Shown in pieces: positions 27,152 to 36,432 of a DNA stretch of 64,000 nucleotides (position 1 is the stretch's first letter; every line of letters begins with the position of its first letter). This DNA comes from an uncultured Candidatus Saccharibacteria bacterium. Its GTDB lineage: Bacteria; Patescibacteriota; Minisyncoccia; UBA6257; 2-01-FULL-56-20. The notes below the pieces were generated by a model. That model ran no database searches and was not told where the DNA came from. It saw only the letters and a list, made by a program, of their open reading frames with translations. The stretch lies in assembly GCA_964568535.1 (NCBI GenBank), contig CAZMPQ010000001.1, positions 6,183-70,182 of the forward strand, in the 5' to 3' direction. The position numbers were made by a program, and so were the translations under genes.

Positions 27152-30100
27152 TTATTGCCATTGAATGATGTTTTTCAATCGGTGCGGATCGAAAATAGGG
27201 TGCAGAGCGGGGGTCCAAAGCAATCGAAAATCGCTTATGTCTTGGGCACTTAGATTGGTCTGCGACGATCCTATCTGGCACGTCTGGTCCATTAAGTTGC
27301 CTTCCGGACTATGCGCCAATCCCAAAGCATGCCCGAGCTCGTGGGTGGTTACGCACTGCTTATTCATCTCGACGCCCATTCGCGCGGTATTGAAGTAAAT
27401 GTGAGCGATGCTAGTTGAAGACGGGATATAAAACCATGCCCAACCTCGAGGAACATAAAGCCCGGCCCAATCCAGTGTAGAACTCGTAATATCTGCCGCG
27501 GCCACATCCCACTGCGAGTTCGGGTACGAACTTGCCTTCTCTAAGTTAATATAACCTACGGTTGTATCATTCCAAGTATCAATGCCATCCTCCAATTGCG
27601 TCTGATATTGAGTAGAACTGCCCACCCGCATCACGTATGTTGATGTATTAGTGTAAACAGCTAACGGCGACCAAGTGTTAACATTAGGATGAGACAAATA
27701 CGCGGTGTAGTAATTGTCCGCGTCTATGTAATCGGATATTTTCGCTCCAGTCCCACTAGTATTCTGCGTAGCGTGCCACGGTCCAGCATTTTCCGTCGAG
27801 GTGTTCTTTTCGCTTGAGCCATCATAAGTATCGTCGAGCGGATACCATCCACCCCAGAAGTTCCATTTCATTGTGGAGGTCGGGCTGCCGGTTTTCCAAG
27901 CACTGCTTGTCGCGTTGTTATATATCGTGCTCGATGCCACCGTCACCGTCCCACCGGTAATATACAGACCGTAATCGTTGTCATGTATCGCTGATTCCGT
28001 TACCGTCGTTGCCCCTCCTGTGCTGTATATGCCGTAGTCCGAGGAGTAGGAGATATCGGTATATCGGGCGTTCAGCGTGCCTCCAGTCACGTAGATGGTA
28101 CTACTTGCAGTGCTTCCACCATAGCGGACAACGCTTCCTGCGATGGTAGTACTCGCCCCCGAGTTGATTTGGATATGCCCCCAATCCCCTGCCACCGGCG
28201 CTGTCGCTCCTCCGTCTCCATTCGTATCCCCACCCACACTGTCATCCTTGTATGACGTGAAATATACGAGCGTGGAGCTCAGTGCTCCTCCCTGCACATC
28301 AAGCTCTCCGTTCACGATGAGGGAGGTAGAGGGTTTGAACTTGATGATGGTGCCGGGTTCAATGGTGATAGTCTTGCCTGCATTGATGGTGACGGTTGAG
28401 GAGACGATATATGGGCCTTCGGCTTTGGACCAGGTGGTGCTGGTTGCGATGGTACCGGAGAGGAGGCCTCCGCAGCCGGAGGATTGGGCGCAGACGCGCC
28501 TGCCCTGACTACTGTTCCAGAGCTTCGTCACTTCGCCTGCGGTCAATGCGCGGTTCAGGACCACCACCTCGTCAATCATAGCAGAGATCTTTCCGTAACC
28601 GCCGCCTGAGGGGTAGCCGCCGTGGGCGCCGATGCCGGTGCCGGTGTCTACCGCCGAGGTGCCGTTCCCGGAGCCAGCGGCTGCCTCGGCCTTGAGGTCG
28701 TTCTGCACATAGAGGCGGAGGCTCGTGCCGTCGAAGGTGCAGGCGACGTGGTACCAGGTGGAAGTTGCGAGGCCGTTCCCGCCATTCGTCCAGGAGGCGG
28801 TCTCGTTCGCGGCGCCCCAGCGATTCCGTTGGCAATAAAGTGTCCTCGTGCTCCCGCCGGTATATTCAATGCCGTAGGCAACATCAGTGCCGCTGTCCAC
28901 GACGGAGACGATTTCCTGGTCTCCGGAGGCGATGCTGGCGAACTTGACCCAGGCCGCGAGAGACATGGCGCCCCCGGAGATACCGAGATTCTCCGACGCG
29001 TAAAGATACTTCGTCGTGTTGTCCGTCCCGAAGTCCGCGGCAGTGCCGAGCACGCCGGTTCCCGTTGCGGCGGGGCCGTAGTTCGTCAGGGTGTAGTGAT
29101 TGCCGCTCGCGTCGGCGGCGAAGTGATGGTCAGTATGGTAGAGCGCTCGGATCGCGCCGTCGGTGATCTGGAGATACGGCGATGGGTCCGTTTCCACCGT
29201 GAAATCAAATACATCCGCCGTCCCGAATTGCGTCCAGGAGGATGTGGCGAAAGTCACAGTGTCCTGCGCCCGCGCGCGCCAGTACCAGGACCCGGGCGTG
29301 ATAGAGGAAACGGTCGTTGACGCCTGTGCGCCAGGCGCGACTGGGGAGCTTGTCTGCGTCATTGGGCCGGCGAACGAGGTGCTCGTTGCGAGCTCCACCT
29401 GGACTATGAGCTGGTTCGTGGATGAGGAGTTCGGGATAGCCTTGAGCACGACGCTCGTCTCCGCCGTCGTTGCTCCTTCGGCGAGCGAGGTCGTACCGTT
29501 AGACTTGAACTGGAGGAGATCGCCGATGCTCGGCGGCGTGGACGACGTGCAGCCTACCGTAACGCAAATCGTATCCCCCGAACCGCTGTTCCAGAGCGCA
29601 TTGCGAGTAGAGGTGGAGATGCGGGTGTTCATGAAAAAGAGCTCATCGATATGGAAGTCACCGAGTGCAGCCGCGTTGCATACGGGATTCACGTTCGCCG
29701 AGCGGCCGTTCACGCAGATATCCGTCGTGAAGTTCGTCGTGTCACTGTCGCTCCCCGAGGTCACGATGGTGTTGTTCACATACCACTCTACCGAGCTTCC
29801 CGTACGGGTCAGGAGATGCCACTGCCAAGCGCCGACTGGCGGGCTGGAGGTGGTGTATTGCATCTCGCAGGGCGGCGTACCGTCCACGAACTCCAGGACG
29901 CCTGCGGCACAGGCCTGCGCACGGCTTATCTGTTCGATGCTGTCAGCTCCCGCACTACGGCGGCTGATCACGGCATCATCGTCCAGGGTCGCTTGTGCAT
30001 TAATCCAGAAACCGATGCTGAAATCACTGGAGAGGTCCATAGCGCTGGACGAGGCTCGGAACCAGCCGGTTCCCTGAGTGTCGCCGGCGTTGCCGAACCA

Positions 30101-30328
30101 ACCGGTCACGTAGGCGGTGCCGCTTGCGGTGAGGTTCCTACCGTTTCCTGAGGAATCGCTTGCATCCTCAAAGTGGTAGAGGGCGGTGACGGAGCTTGAG
30201 GGGATGTATACAGTGGCGGAGGCGGGGTGGGGGAAGAAAAACGCCGCCAAGATGGCGACGGTAGGGACGGCGAGGACAGCGGCGGACGTTATTCCACCGA
30301 ACGGAACGACCCTGGCGTTCCTGAACAT
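27152..30328 (-). CDS. secreted multidomain surface protein A1: signal peptide, LamG, Ig/FN3-like, LamG, beta-helix, matrixin-like (M10) metallopeptidase
   Basis: Signal ends PASA-. LYHFED..D.SGNG/FSIGFW/HIDEL and WYHVACTFDG/IDEVVV are LamG patterns, SWYWRARA marks the Ig/FN3-like module, and the peptidase motif is HELGHALGLAHSPEGNLMD. Confidence 0.88.
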   Translation of the reverse strand: MFRNARVVPFGGITSAAVLAVPTVAILAAFFFPHPASATVYIPSSSVTALYHFEDASDSSGNGRNLTASGTAYVTGWFGNAGDTQGTGWFRASSSAMDLSSDFSIGFWINAQATLDDDAVISRRSAGADSIEQISRAQACAAGVLEFVDGTPPCEMQYTTSSPPVGAWQWHLLTRTGSSVEWYVNNTIVTSGSDSDTTNFTTDICVNGRSANVNPVCNAAALGDFHIDELFFMNTRISTSTRNALWNSGSGDTICVTVGCTSSTPPSIGDLLQFKSNGTTSLAEGATTAETSVVLKAIPNSSSTNQLIVQVELATSTSFAGPMTQTSSPVAPGAQASTTVSSITPGSWYWRARAQDTVTFATSSWTQFGTADVFDFTVETDPSPYLQITDGAIRALYHTDHHFAADASGNHYTLTNYGPAATGTGVLGTAADFGTDNTTKYLYASENLGISGGAMSLAAWVKFASIASGDQEIVSVVDSGTDVAYGIEYTGGSTRTLYCQRNRWGAANETASWTNGGNGLATSTWYHVACTFDGTSLRLYVQNDLKAEAAAGSGNGTSAVDTGTGIGAHGGYPSGGGYGKISAMIDEVVVLNRALTAGEVTKLWNSSQGRRVCAQSSGCGGLLSGTIATSTTWSKAEGPYIVSSTVTINAGKTITIEPGTIIKFKPSTSLIVNGELDVQGGALSSTLVYFTSYKDDSVGGDTNGDGGATAPVAGDWGHIQINSGASTTIAGSVVRYGGSTASSTIYVTGGTLNARYTDISYSSDYGIYSTGGATTVTESAIHDNDYGLYITGGTVTVASSTIYNNATSSAWKTGSPTSTMKWNFWGGWYPLDDTYDGSSEKNTSTENAGPWHATQNTSGTGAKISDYIDADNYYTAYLSHPNVNTWSPLAVYTNTSTYVMRVGSSTQYQTQLEDGIDTWNDTTVGYINLEKASSYPNSQWDVAAADITSSTLDWAGLYVPRGWAWFYIPSSTSIAHIYFNTARMGVEMNKQCVTTHELGHALGLAHSPEGNLMDQTCQIGSSQTNLSAQDISDFRLLWTPALHPIFDPHRLKNIIQWQ
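28295..28439. repeat. 145-bp direct repeat, copy 2
   Basis: 144/145 identical to 25898-26042. Confidence 0.9.
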
Positions 30329-30334
30329 GATTCG

Positions 30335-30379
30335 ATTGTATCTCCAAAGCCCCCCCCCGAGGCAAGGAGGTTATGCACA
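30335..30379 (-). promoter_or_regulatory. promoter TTGCCT-19(G9 tract)-TACAAT with an upstream DnaA-box-like TTATGCACA
   Basis: C9 at 30350-30358 on the plus strand lies between the hexamers. The -10 is 6 nt from the ATG. Confidence 0.6.
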
Positions 30380-30380
30380 G

Positions 30381-31655
30381 CTACTCGCCGATCACTTTGA
30401 ATTCCGGTAACGGCACAATGAACTTGCCGCCGCGGGCGAAGAATTCCTTCTCACGCTCTCTGAACTCCGGCAGAAAGTGCCACGGCAGGATGAGGAAGTA
30501 GTGCGGCGCGTCCGCGCGGGCCTGCTCTTCGGAAATGATGGGTACGCGGCTCCCAACGGTCTTCTTTCCCCACTTCTGCGGATTTCGCTCTGCGGCGAAC
30601 GGGATGTGTCCATGATCAAGCCCGTAATACTGGAGGAGTGTGTTCCCCTTTGTTGATGCGCCATATACATATACTTTCTCGCCGCGCTTTTTCGCATCTT
30701 TGATGAATTGCACCGTCTTTGCCTTCATCTCCTCAACGCGCTTTGCGAATGCGTCGTAGGCCTTCCGTTCTGAAAGCTCAAGTTTTTTCTCTTCCGCATG
30801 CAACGCTGCGATGCGCTCTTTCGCGCCTTCGGGAATATGGAGGTGCTTGCCTCCGCCTTCGTGCTTTATATACACGCGGAAGCTGCCGCCGTTCACATCG
30901 TTCAGCTCCACATCGCAAACCTCAAGCTTGTGGCGCTTCAAGAGGTGTTCCAGCGAGCGGAGTGAGTAATATTCCAGGTGTTCATGGCAGATGTTATCGA
31001 ACGCGTTCTGCGACAGCATGAGCGGCAGATAACTCATCTGGATGATGAAGATGCCATCCTCGTGCAGAAGTTTCGCCACATCGCGGACGAACGCATTCGG
31101 GTCCTCCAGGTCGTAGAACATCGCGATAGCCGTCACGATCTTCGCCTTCTTGCCCGGAAGCTCCTTGTGCCACGCGTCGTAGTTGAAGAAGTCATTGATG
31201 ACCTTGTCTGCGCTCAACTTCGTTACCGGAACGAGATTTCGCGCCGGTTCAAAGCCGACCTTCACGACCGGGTCTGTGGCGTATCCACGAAGGAGCGTCC
31301 CGTCGTTCGCGCCGATATCCAATACGTGGTCTCCCGCCTCAAGCGTCGCGAATTTTTTCGCCGAGCGTACGATGTCGTGCAGGGCGTTCGTCATCGTCTG
31401 ATTCGTACCCGACACATACCAATAGTTCCGGTACATGACCTCGTTCGGCACCGTGTGCCGGAGCTGAAGCAGTCCGCACCCGCCCTGCTTCTCGTCACAG
31501 AGAGCAAGGGTCAGCGGATATGGCTCAAGCTCTTCATGCTCCTTATCGTCCACGAACGCGGACACGTAGAGATCCCCGAGAGAGAGTATCTCTTCAAGGT
31601 TTGCACTGCCGCAGACGCGGCAGGCGGATATTTCTTTGACGCCGTTCGTGCTCAT
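30381..31655 (-). CDS. NDP-sugar C-methyltransferase family (zinc-binding, class I SAM)
   Basis: CRVCGS, YWYVSG, LDIGANDG, FDNICHEH, YGASTKGNT and LILPWHF motifs. Confidence 0.88.
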   Translation of the reverse strand: MSTNGVKEISACRVCGSANLEEILSLGDLYVSAFVDDKEHEELEPYPLTLALCDEKQGGCGLLQLRHTVPNEVMYRNYWYVSGTNQTMTNALHDIVRSAKKFATLEAGDHVLDIGANDGTLLRGYATDPVVKVGFEPARNLVPVTKLSADKVINDFFNYDAWHKELPGKKAKIVTAIAMFYDLEDPNAFVRDVAKLLHEDGIFIIQMSYLPLMLSQNAFDNICHEHLEYYSLRSLEHLLKRHKLEVCDVELNDVNGGSFRVYIKHEGGGKHLHIPEGAKERIAALHAEEKKLELSERKAYDAFAKRVEEMKAKTVQFIKDAKKRGEKVYVYGASTKGNTLLQYYGLDHGHIPFAAERNPQKWGKKTVGSRVPIISEEQARADAPHYFLILPWHFLPEFREREKEFFARGGKFIVPLPEFKVIGE

Positions 31656-31667
31656 GGAATGCCAGGC

Positions 31668-32729
31668 TTAGCCCGCAATATCGCGGACGAGCGCTCGTAT
31701 ATCCCTCATCGTAGAACGGTCGCGCAGAAACCGCAAGATATTTTCTCGGTACCGGGCCATATCCGCCTCCGTGCGCGACGCAAGAAAGCGGTGCACGTCC
31801 GCGTCGCTGCTGAACGTTCGCCGGTCGATAAAGCAATCTTCTGGCACGATCGTCGCGATGTCCGGCGCGCCCAGATAGACCGGGACGCATCCTGCCGCAA
31901 GACAGTCAAAGATCTTTTCGCTCACATATCCCGGGTACGCGGAGTTCTCATAGCAGATGGCAAATCTATATGTACTCATGAGCGGCATTTTATATTCCAC
32001 TCCTCCCCGCCACGCGCGCGCAACGTACGTGCCGTAGTGCATATAGAATGGGTGGCGGGGAGCGTGCTCCCAGCCGTGACCGTAGAGGTCAAACCCCGAA
32101 ACCCCGCTCCAATAACGGATAGCGCGAAGCCGCTCGCCATAGAGCTCATGCCGCAACGAGTGCGGACGCACGTTCCCGTTCACCAGCACCACAAACTTAT
32201 CTTTTCTATCTCCGAAATAGGGGCTCACGATATCGCGGTTGCGATAGAAGAACGGGTTGTAATATATGATGTCGTCTCCCCATCCTCGTCCCATCACCAT
32301 CATTGCGTGATACGTACCCGACCGGCGTATCGCACCCAGACGGTCGTATACATACGGCATCACGAGCGGCGACTCGCCCTGCACAAGCACGCGCCGTTTG
32401 AAAAACTTGAAGTTGTCAGCGAGGAACTTCTGCCGGGCACGCAAGAACCCCCCGCCGGAGCGGGCGTGTTTTACGGCATAGAACACGCGCCAGATGAGCG
32501 TCTCGCCTGGATGGTTCTGCACGAGCAGCACATCGTCCGGCCCTGCCATTTCGCGCGACCAGGCGTCCGTGGTATGCACTTCTATTCCAAGCTTTCGCGC
32601 TTCATCGGGAAATCCCTCGCCGAAGAACGGGATGTCCCACATGCCGCCCTCATAAATGCGTTTTGGGTTGCCGAACACCTGACCGCGAAGGCCTTGTTCG
32701 CTCGTCGGCAGTACGAATATGCGCTTCAT
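31668..32729 (-). CDS. glycosyltransferase family 10 (alpha-1,3-fucosyltransferase-like)
   Basis: YRFAICYENS..PGYVSEKIFDCLAAGCVPVYLG is the GT10 motif. Confidence 0.9.
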   Translation of the reverse strand: MKRIFVLPTSEQGLRGQVFGNPKRIYEGGMWDIPFFGEGFPDEARKLGIEVHTTDAWSREMAGPDDVLLVQNHPGETLIWRVFYAVKHARSGGGFLRARQKFLADNFKFFKRRVLVQGESPLVMPYVYDRLGAIRRSGTYHAMMVMGRGWGDDIIYYNPFFYRNRDIVSPYFGDRKDKFVVLVNGNVRPHSLRHELYGERLRAIRYWSGVSGFDLYGHGWEHAPRHPFYMHYGTYVARAWRGGVEYKMPLMSTYRFAICYENSAYPGYVSEKIFDCLAAGCVPVYLGAPDIATIVPEDCFIDRRTFSSDADVHRFLASRTEADMARYRENILRFLRDRSTMRDIRALVRDIAG

Positions 32730-34123
32730 TTCCTCTCCAAAAGATACAACGTGCGTTTCGTGCCCGGAATGGCGTACCGCTCACGCACGAGGAACCGCTC
32801 GGCGAACGCCTGTTCAAACCGCTCCGCCGTGTAGTCCATGAAAATGTCGGCACGGTTCCGCAGGAGCCGCTCCGCTTGCGAGTCGTCCTTCGGCACGAAT
32901 TCAATGACGAGCGTCCGGCAGATGCCCGCGAAGAACTCCGCCATCATCGCGAACGGGACGTTATTCGTGATGGCGAGATGATGCACGAGCGCGAGGGCAA
33001 GCGCCATATCCGCCGGGCCGCGCTCCGCGAGCGACATGCGCTCCGCATTCGCCCACCCAAGCGCCGGGCTAGGGTTCGTGAGGTCCAAGACGAGCGGGAG
33101 GAGCCGTTCTTCTTTTTTCTCTTTCACCGTACGGTATCCGTGCTCCACCGCCGCCGGGTCAATATCAAATGCGACGGTCGGAATGCCGGCATCGCTCGCC
33201 ACGCGGCTGTACGTTCCGTCGTTTGCGCCAAGGTCCCATACTGTTCTCGGTTTCACCGTCGCGACGAACCGCGCAACGGCGCGCGCTTTTTCGTCTGCCG
33301 CAGATGCGGAATAGTTCGTATTGCCGTAATACTCGCCCCATTCGGTGCCTGTGGACTTCCACCGCAGCGAGCGCACGCCGGAGGCGAGATTCGCGACGAG
33401 GTCGTCCATCGCAGAGCGCGGGAACGAGCTTTTTCCTGCGCGCACCGTACGTTCGGCATTGCGACGCTGGCTCCGCGCGTGCATGTGGATATGAAAGAAC
33501 GTTCCTGCACTCAACCAACTTCGCCACGGCAAAAGCTTGCTCGCAAGATCCAGCGGAATGCCGTGCACCGACACGCGGAGCAACTGCCCCAGCCGGACTT
33601 CGGCGAAGCTCATGAGCGCAAGTGGTGCGAGGAAGTGTTCGCAGAACTGCTTGTATGCGACCCACGGCATGCCTTCCGCGTACGGCTCAAACGAAAGCGT
33701 ATCTATCAGGATGGGTTTTCCGTTGCGGAACTGAACATTGTATGCCGAAGCATCCTTCAGCGTCATGCCGAACTTCAGCGCAAGCTTCTGAACCCTGAGC
33801 GTGAGGAGCGCTGCGTCCTGCAGCTCGCTGAAACACCATTCGTAGGGATACGAGATGAACGGAATGCGCTCGGGTTTCAAGAGCTTATACGCGCCTGCTG
33901 CCGGCGGAACTTCCTCGTGCGGCACGAGATATCCTTTCTTCACCAGTTCATCGTAGAGCCCCGAACTCATGAGGGTGTCGTAGCTTTGTGCGTATGATCC
34001 GTTCACCTGCCGATAGAGCACGTCGTCTTTCGTGAACACAAAGCCGCTCGGATCGCGGAACGACGAGGCAACGCGCGCTTCTCCGCTCGCGTGCCGTACT
34101 GAACCATGCGTGCCGTGTTCCAT
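32726..34123 (-). CDS. NoeA-like SAM-dependent methyltransferase
   Basis: SFRDPSGFVF, ISYPYEW, LKDASAYN, WDLGANDG and LALVHHL motifs. Confidence 0.85.
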   Translation of the reverse strand: MEHGTHGSVRHASGEARVASSFRDPSGFVFTKDDVLYRQVNGSYAQSYDTLMSSGLYDELVKKGYLVPHEEVPPAAGAYKLLKPERIPFISYPYEWCFSELQDAALLTLRVQKLALKFGMTLKDASAYNVQFRNGKPILIDTLSFEPYAEGMPWVAYKQFCEHFLAPLALMSFAEVRLGQLLRVSVHGIPLDLASKLLPWRSWLSAGTFFHIHMHARSQRRNAERTVRAGKSSFPRSAMDDLVANLASGVRSLRWKSTGTEWGEYYGNTNYSASAADEKARAVARFVATVKPRTVWDLGANDGTYSRVASDAGIPTVAFDIDPAAVEHGYRTVKEKKEERLLPLVLDLTNPSPALGWANAERMSLAERGPADMALALALVHHLAITNNVPFAMMAEFFAGICRTLVIEFVPKDDSQAERLLRNRADIFMDYTAERFEQAFAERFLVRERYAIPGTKRTLYLLERK

Positions 34124-34177
34124 TGAACACCACCATCCTAGCCGAGAACCGCGCGTGCGGCAACCGGCGCACGCCGC

Positions 34178-34909
34178 TCACTTCGCGGCGTTCTTCGCGC
34201 GTTTACCCGTGCGGATGCGCTCCTTCCATATCATCACCGACATCATGAACCCAACCTTCGCCGAACGCGGGATATTGCCCGTTCCTTTTGACACGCCGAC
34301 CCGCGGCAAGTAGCGCACCGGCACCTCAACCGAGCGCAAACCATGCTGGATAACGCGAATCATGACCTCGGGAGAAAAGTGCAATCCTTTCACGGTAAGG
34401 TCGTTCTTGATGGCCTCGTATGTATGGCGTTTCAGCAATTTGAACGTGCAGCCAACCTCCGTAAAGGACGGCCCGTCAAAAAGAAAGCTCAGCATCTTCG
34501 CCACCGCCCAGTTGCCCATGCGGACCGGGCGTGGCATGAATGCGCCGGGGCTGATCAATGTGCGCGAGGTTCGCGTGGAGAATACGGCATCAAAATCGTC
34601 GCTGTATGCAAGCAACTTGTGGATGTCGGATGGCGCATAGGTGCCGTCGGAATCCGCGGTCACGATGATGTCTCCTGTCGCCTCGCGCATCCCCCGCTGT
34701 AGCGCAGAACCGTATCCGCGCTCGGGCTCCAACACATACCGCGCTCGCGTGCGTTTGATCTCTGCAGCGGTCGCGTCGGACGACGCGTTATCCACCGCAA
34801 CGACCTCATCCACTTCCGGCTGGGCGAAAAATCCTTCTATGGTATCGCGAATGCACCCTTCCTCATTGTAGGCCGGGAGCACCACGCTCACTTTCTGGTT
34901 CCGATACAT
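34178..34909 (-). CDS. GT2, polyprenol-phosphate glycosyltransferase (DPM1-like)
   Basis: LPAYNEE, VDNASSD, GYGSA, DSDGTY and RVGVSK motifs. Confidence 0.88.
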   Translation of the reverse strand: MYRNQKVSVVLPAYNEEGCIRDTIEGFFAQPEVDEVVAVDNASSDATAAEIKRTRARYVLEPERGYGSALQRGMREATGDIIVTADSDGTYAPSDIHKLLAYSDDFDAVFSTRTSRTLISPGAFMPRPVRMGNWAVAKMLSFLFDGPSFTEVGCTFKLLKRHTYEAIKNDLTVKGLHFSPEVMIRVIQHGLRSVEVPVRYLPRVGVSKGTGNIPRSAKVGFMMSVMIWKERIRTGKRAKNAAK

Positions 34910-34956
34910 ATATATGGAGATGCGGTCCCATGCCGGGGCCGCGCATGGTCATTGTA

Positions 34957-36432
34957 TCACTTCACACCGGGGGCGCGGCAATCATATACCGCAAAACCAT
35001 ATCCGGGAACGGCGTGCGCAAGTTGGACGCCAAAGAGCTTTGGCGGACGCGACACATAGAACTCGCGCTCCAACGCGCAGCCGCTATAGTGCACCGAAAG
35101 ATCCGGCGATTCCCATTCTTCCGTAATGAGCAGATATTGCGAAGCGCCCGGATTCGCCGGAATTTCCGCAACGAACATCCGGTCGTAGGACTCGGAAAGC
35201 ATCCACATCCGCGAACCGCCAGGCATAAAGGGAGCGCCGGTATGTTTTGCGAGGACATCGGCGAACGCCGCGCGCGCCGCGGGGAGCGTGACGCCGTCAC
35301 GCAGGAAAAGCGGGAAGAGCGCTGCGGGAACGAGCGACAGCGCAGCAAGCATCCCGACGAACACAACAAGCGGATACATTACGCGCTTATCCCTCCGGAT
35401 GCCGGAAGCGGGGTGCAGCAGCGCGGCGAACGCGACGACCACGAATGGCGTGAGGTAGTAGAATCTGGCGTTCGCCGCGGCAAATGCGCCGTAGGCCGCG
35501 AACACGAGCGCTGAGAGCACGACGAGCGCGGGCGAGCCGATAGCGCCGGCACGCATCTTGCGCACGAACAGGCGCACGGCGAAGAATGCGAATATTCCGG
35601 CGAATACCACGAGCGGCGGGCGGCTGAAAAGCGCCGCGGCGATGCCCGCAGGCGTGAGGCGCGACACCATCGCCGAGCCATGGCGCAGCGTGCCGTTTAT
35701 CATCTCGCCGATGGGAAATGGGCTCAATTGCATCACCGCGACGAATGCGACGGCCGCAGTTGCCGCGATAATGGCGAGATACGTTGCGCTTGTGCGCATG
35801 TCGTACCGTATACCGAAGAACATCGCTCCAAGCGCGGCGAACGCGACGGGGATGACCACGTGCGTAGCTACGGTAAACCCGATGAGCGCACCAAGCGCGA
35901 GCGCGAGACGCCGCGGCTCACGAAAAGCGACCGCAGCGACGAGGCCGAGCGTCACAAAAAGGCGGGCGAGTATCTCTGGTCGCGTCCCGAACGTCCACGA
36001 AGCGCGGAAAACGAGGGCAATGCCAACGCAGATAAGAAGCGCGGTTAGCCAATCAAGCCGCGTTCCATCGCTTGACGCGATGCGCATGAGCGACCATGCA
36101 GAAAGCGCGAGCGCTGCGGCCGTGATGAGCGCCATGCCTTTCATCGCCTGGAGCGGCGCAGGTGTTGCAGCGTCCGGCGAGACGAACCAACTAACGACGA
36201 TAGGAAAGAGCGGCGGATACGACAGGAACGGACCGTTCCCGCCGATAAGTTTCGAGTCCAGCCATCGAATGGGGTTTTGCAGATCGCCCGAACGGGCACG
36301 TTCTATGCCCGGCGCCATGAACCACGCGCCGTCGTTCATGCCTGCAGGCGGATAGCCGAACGCGCCGAAGAGCAGCGCAAGCCCTGCGAAAAACGCCGTT
36401 ACGCCGATGACCGTTCCCCGTTGCGCCGTCAT
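34957..36432 (-). CDS. multi-pass membrane protein, putative GT-C fold glycosyltransferase (paralog of 16844-18367)
   Basis: Shares NP...YPPL, RPE and GVQL...PGYGFA.Y.C with the 16844 protein. Confidence 0.65.
   Translation of the reverse strand: MTAQRGTVIGVTAFFAGLALLFGAFGYPPAGMNDGAWFMAPGIERARSGDLQNPIRWLDSKLIGGNGPFLSYPPLFPIVVSWFVSPDAATPAPLQAMKGMALITAAALALSAWSLMRIASSDGTRLDWLTALLICVGIALVFRASWTFGTRPEILARLFVTLGLVAAVAFREPRRLALALGALIGFTVATHVVIPVAFAALGAMFFGIRYDMRTSATYLAIIAATAAVAFVAVMQLSPFPIGEMINGTLRHGSAMVSRLTPAGIAAALFSRPPLVVFAGIFAFFAVRLFVRKMRAGAIGSPALVVLSALVFAAYGAFAAANARFYYLTPFVVVAFAALLHPASGIRRDKRVMYPLVVFVGMLAALSLVPAALFPLFLRDGVTLPAARAAFADVLAKHTGAPFMPGGSRMWMLSESYDRMFVAEIPANPGASQYLLITEEWESPDLSVHYSGCALEREFYVSRPPKLFGVQLAHAVPGYGFAVYDCRAPGVK

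Noticed and set aside
25898-28439. DGR template/variable repeat pair
   Set aside because: There is no reverse transcriptase. The differences are mostly synonymous rather than adenine-specific, and the repeat is not at the C-terminus.
30978-32834. 618-aa plus-strand ORF (and other long antisense ORFs such as 17315-18406 and 32663-33997)
   Set aside because: These are shadow frames of well-supported minus-strand genes in high-GC DNA and show no recognisable motifs.
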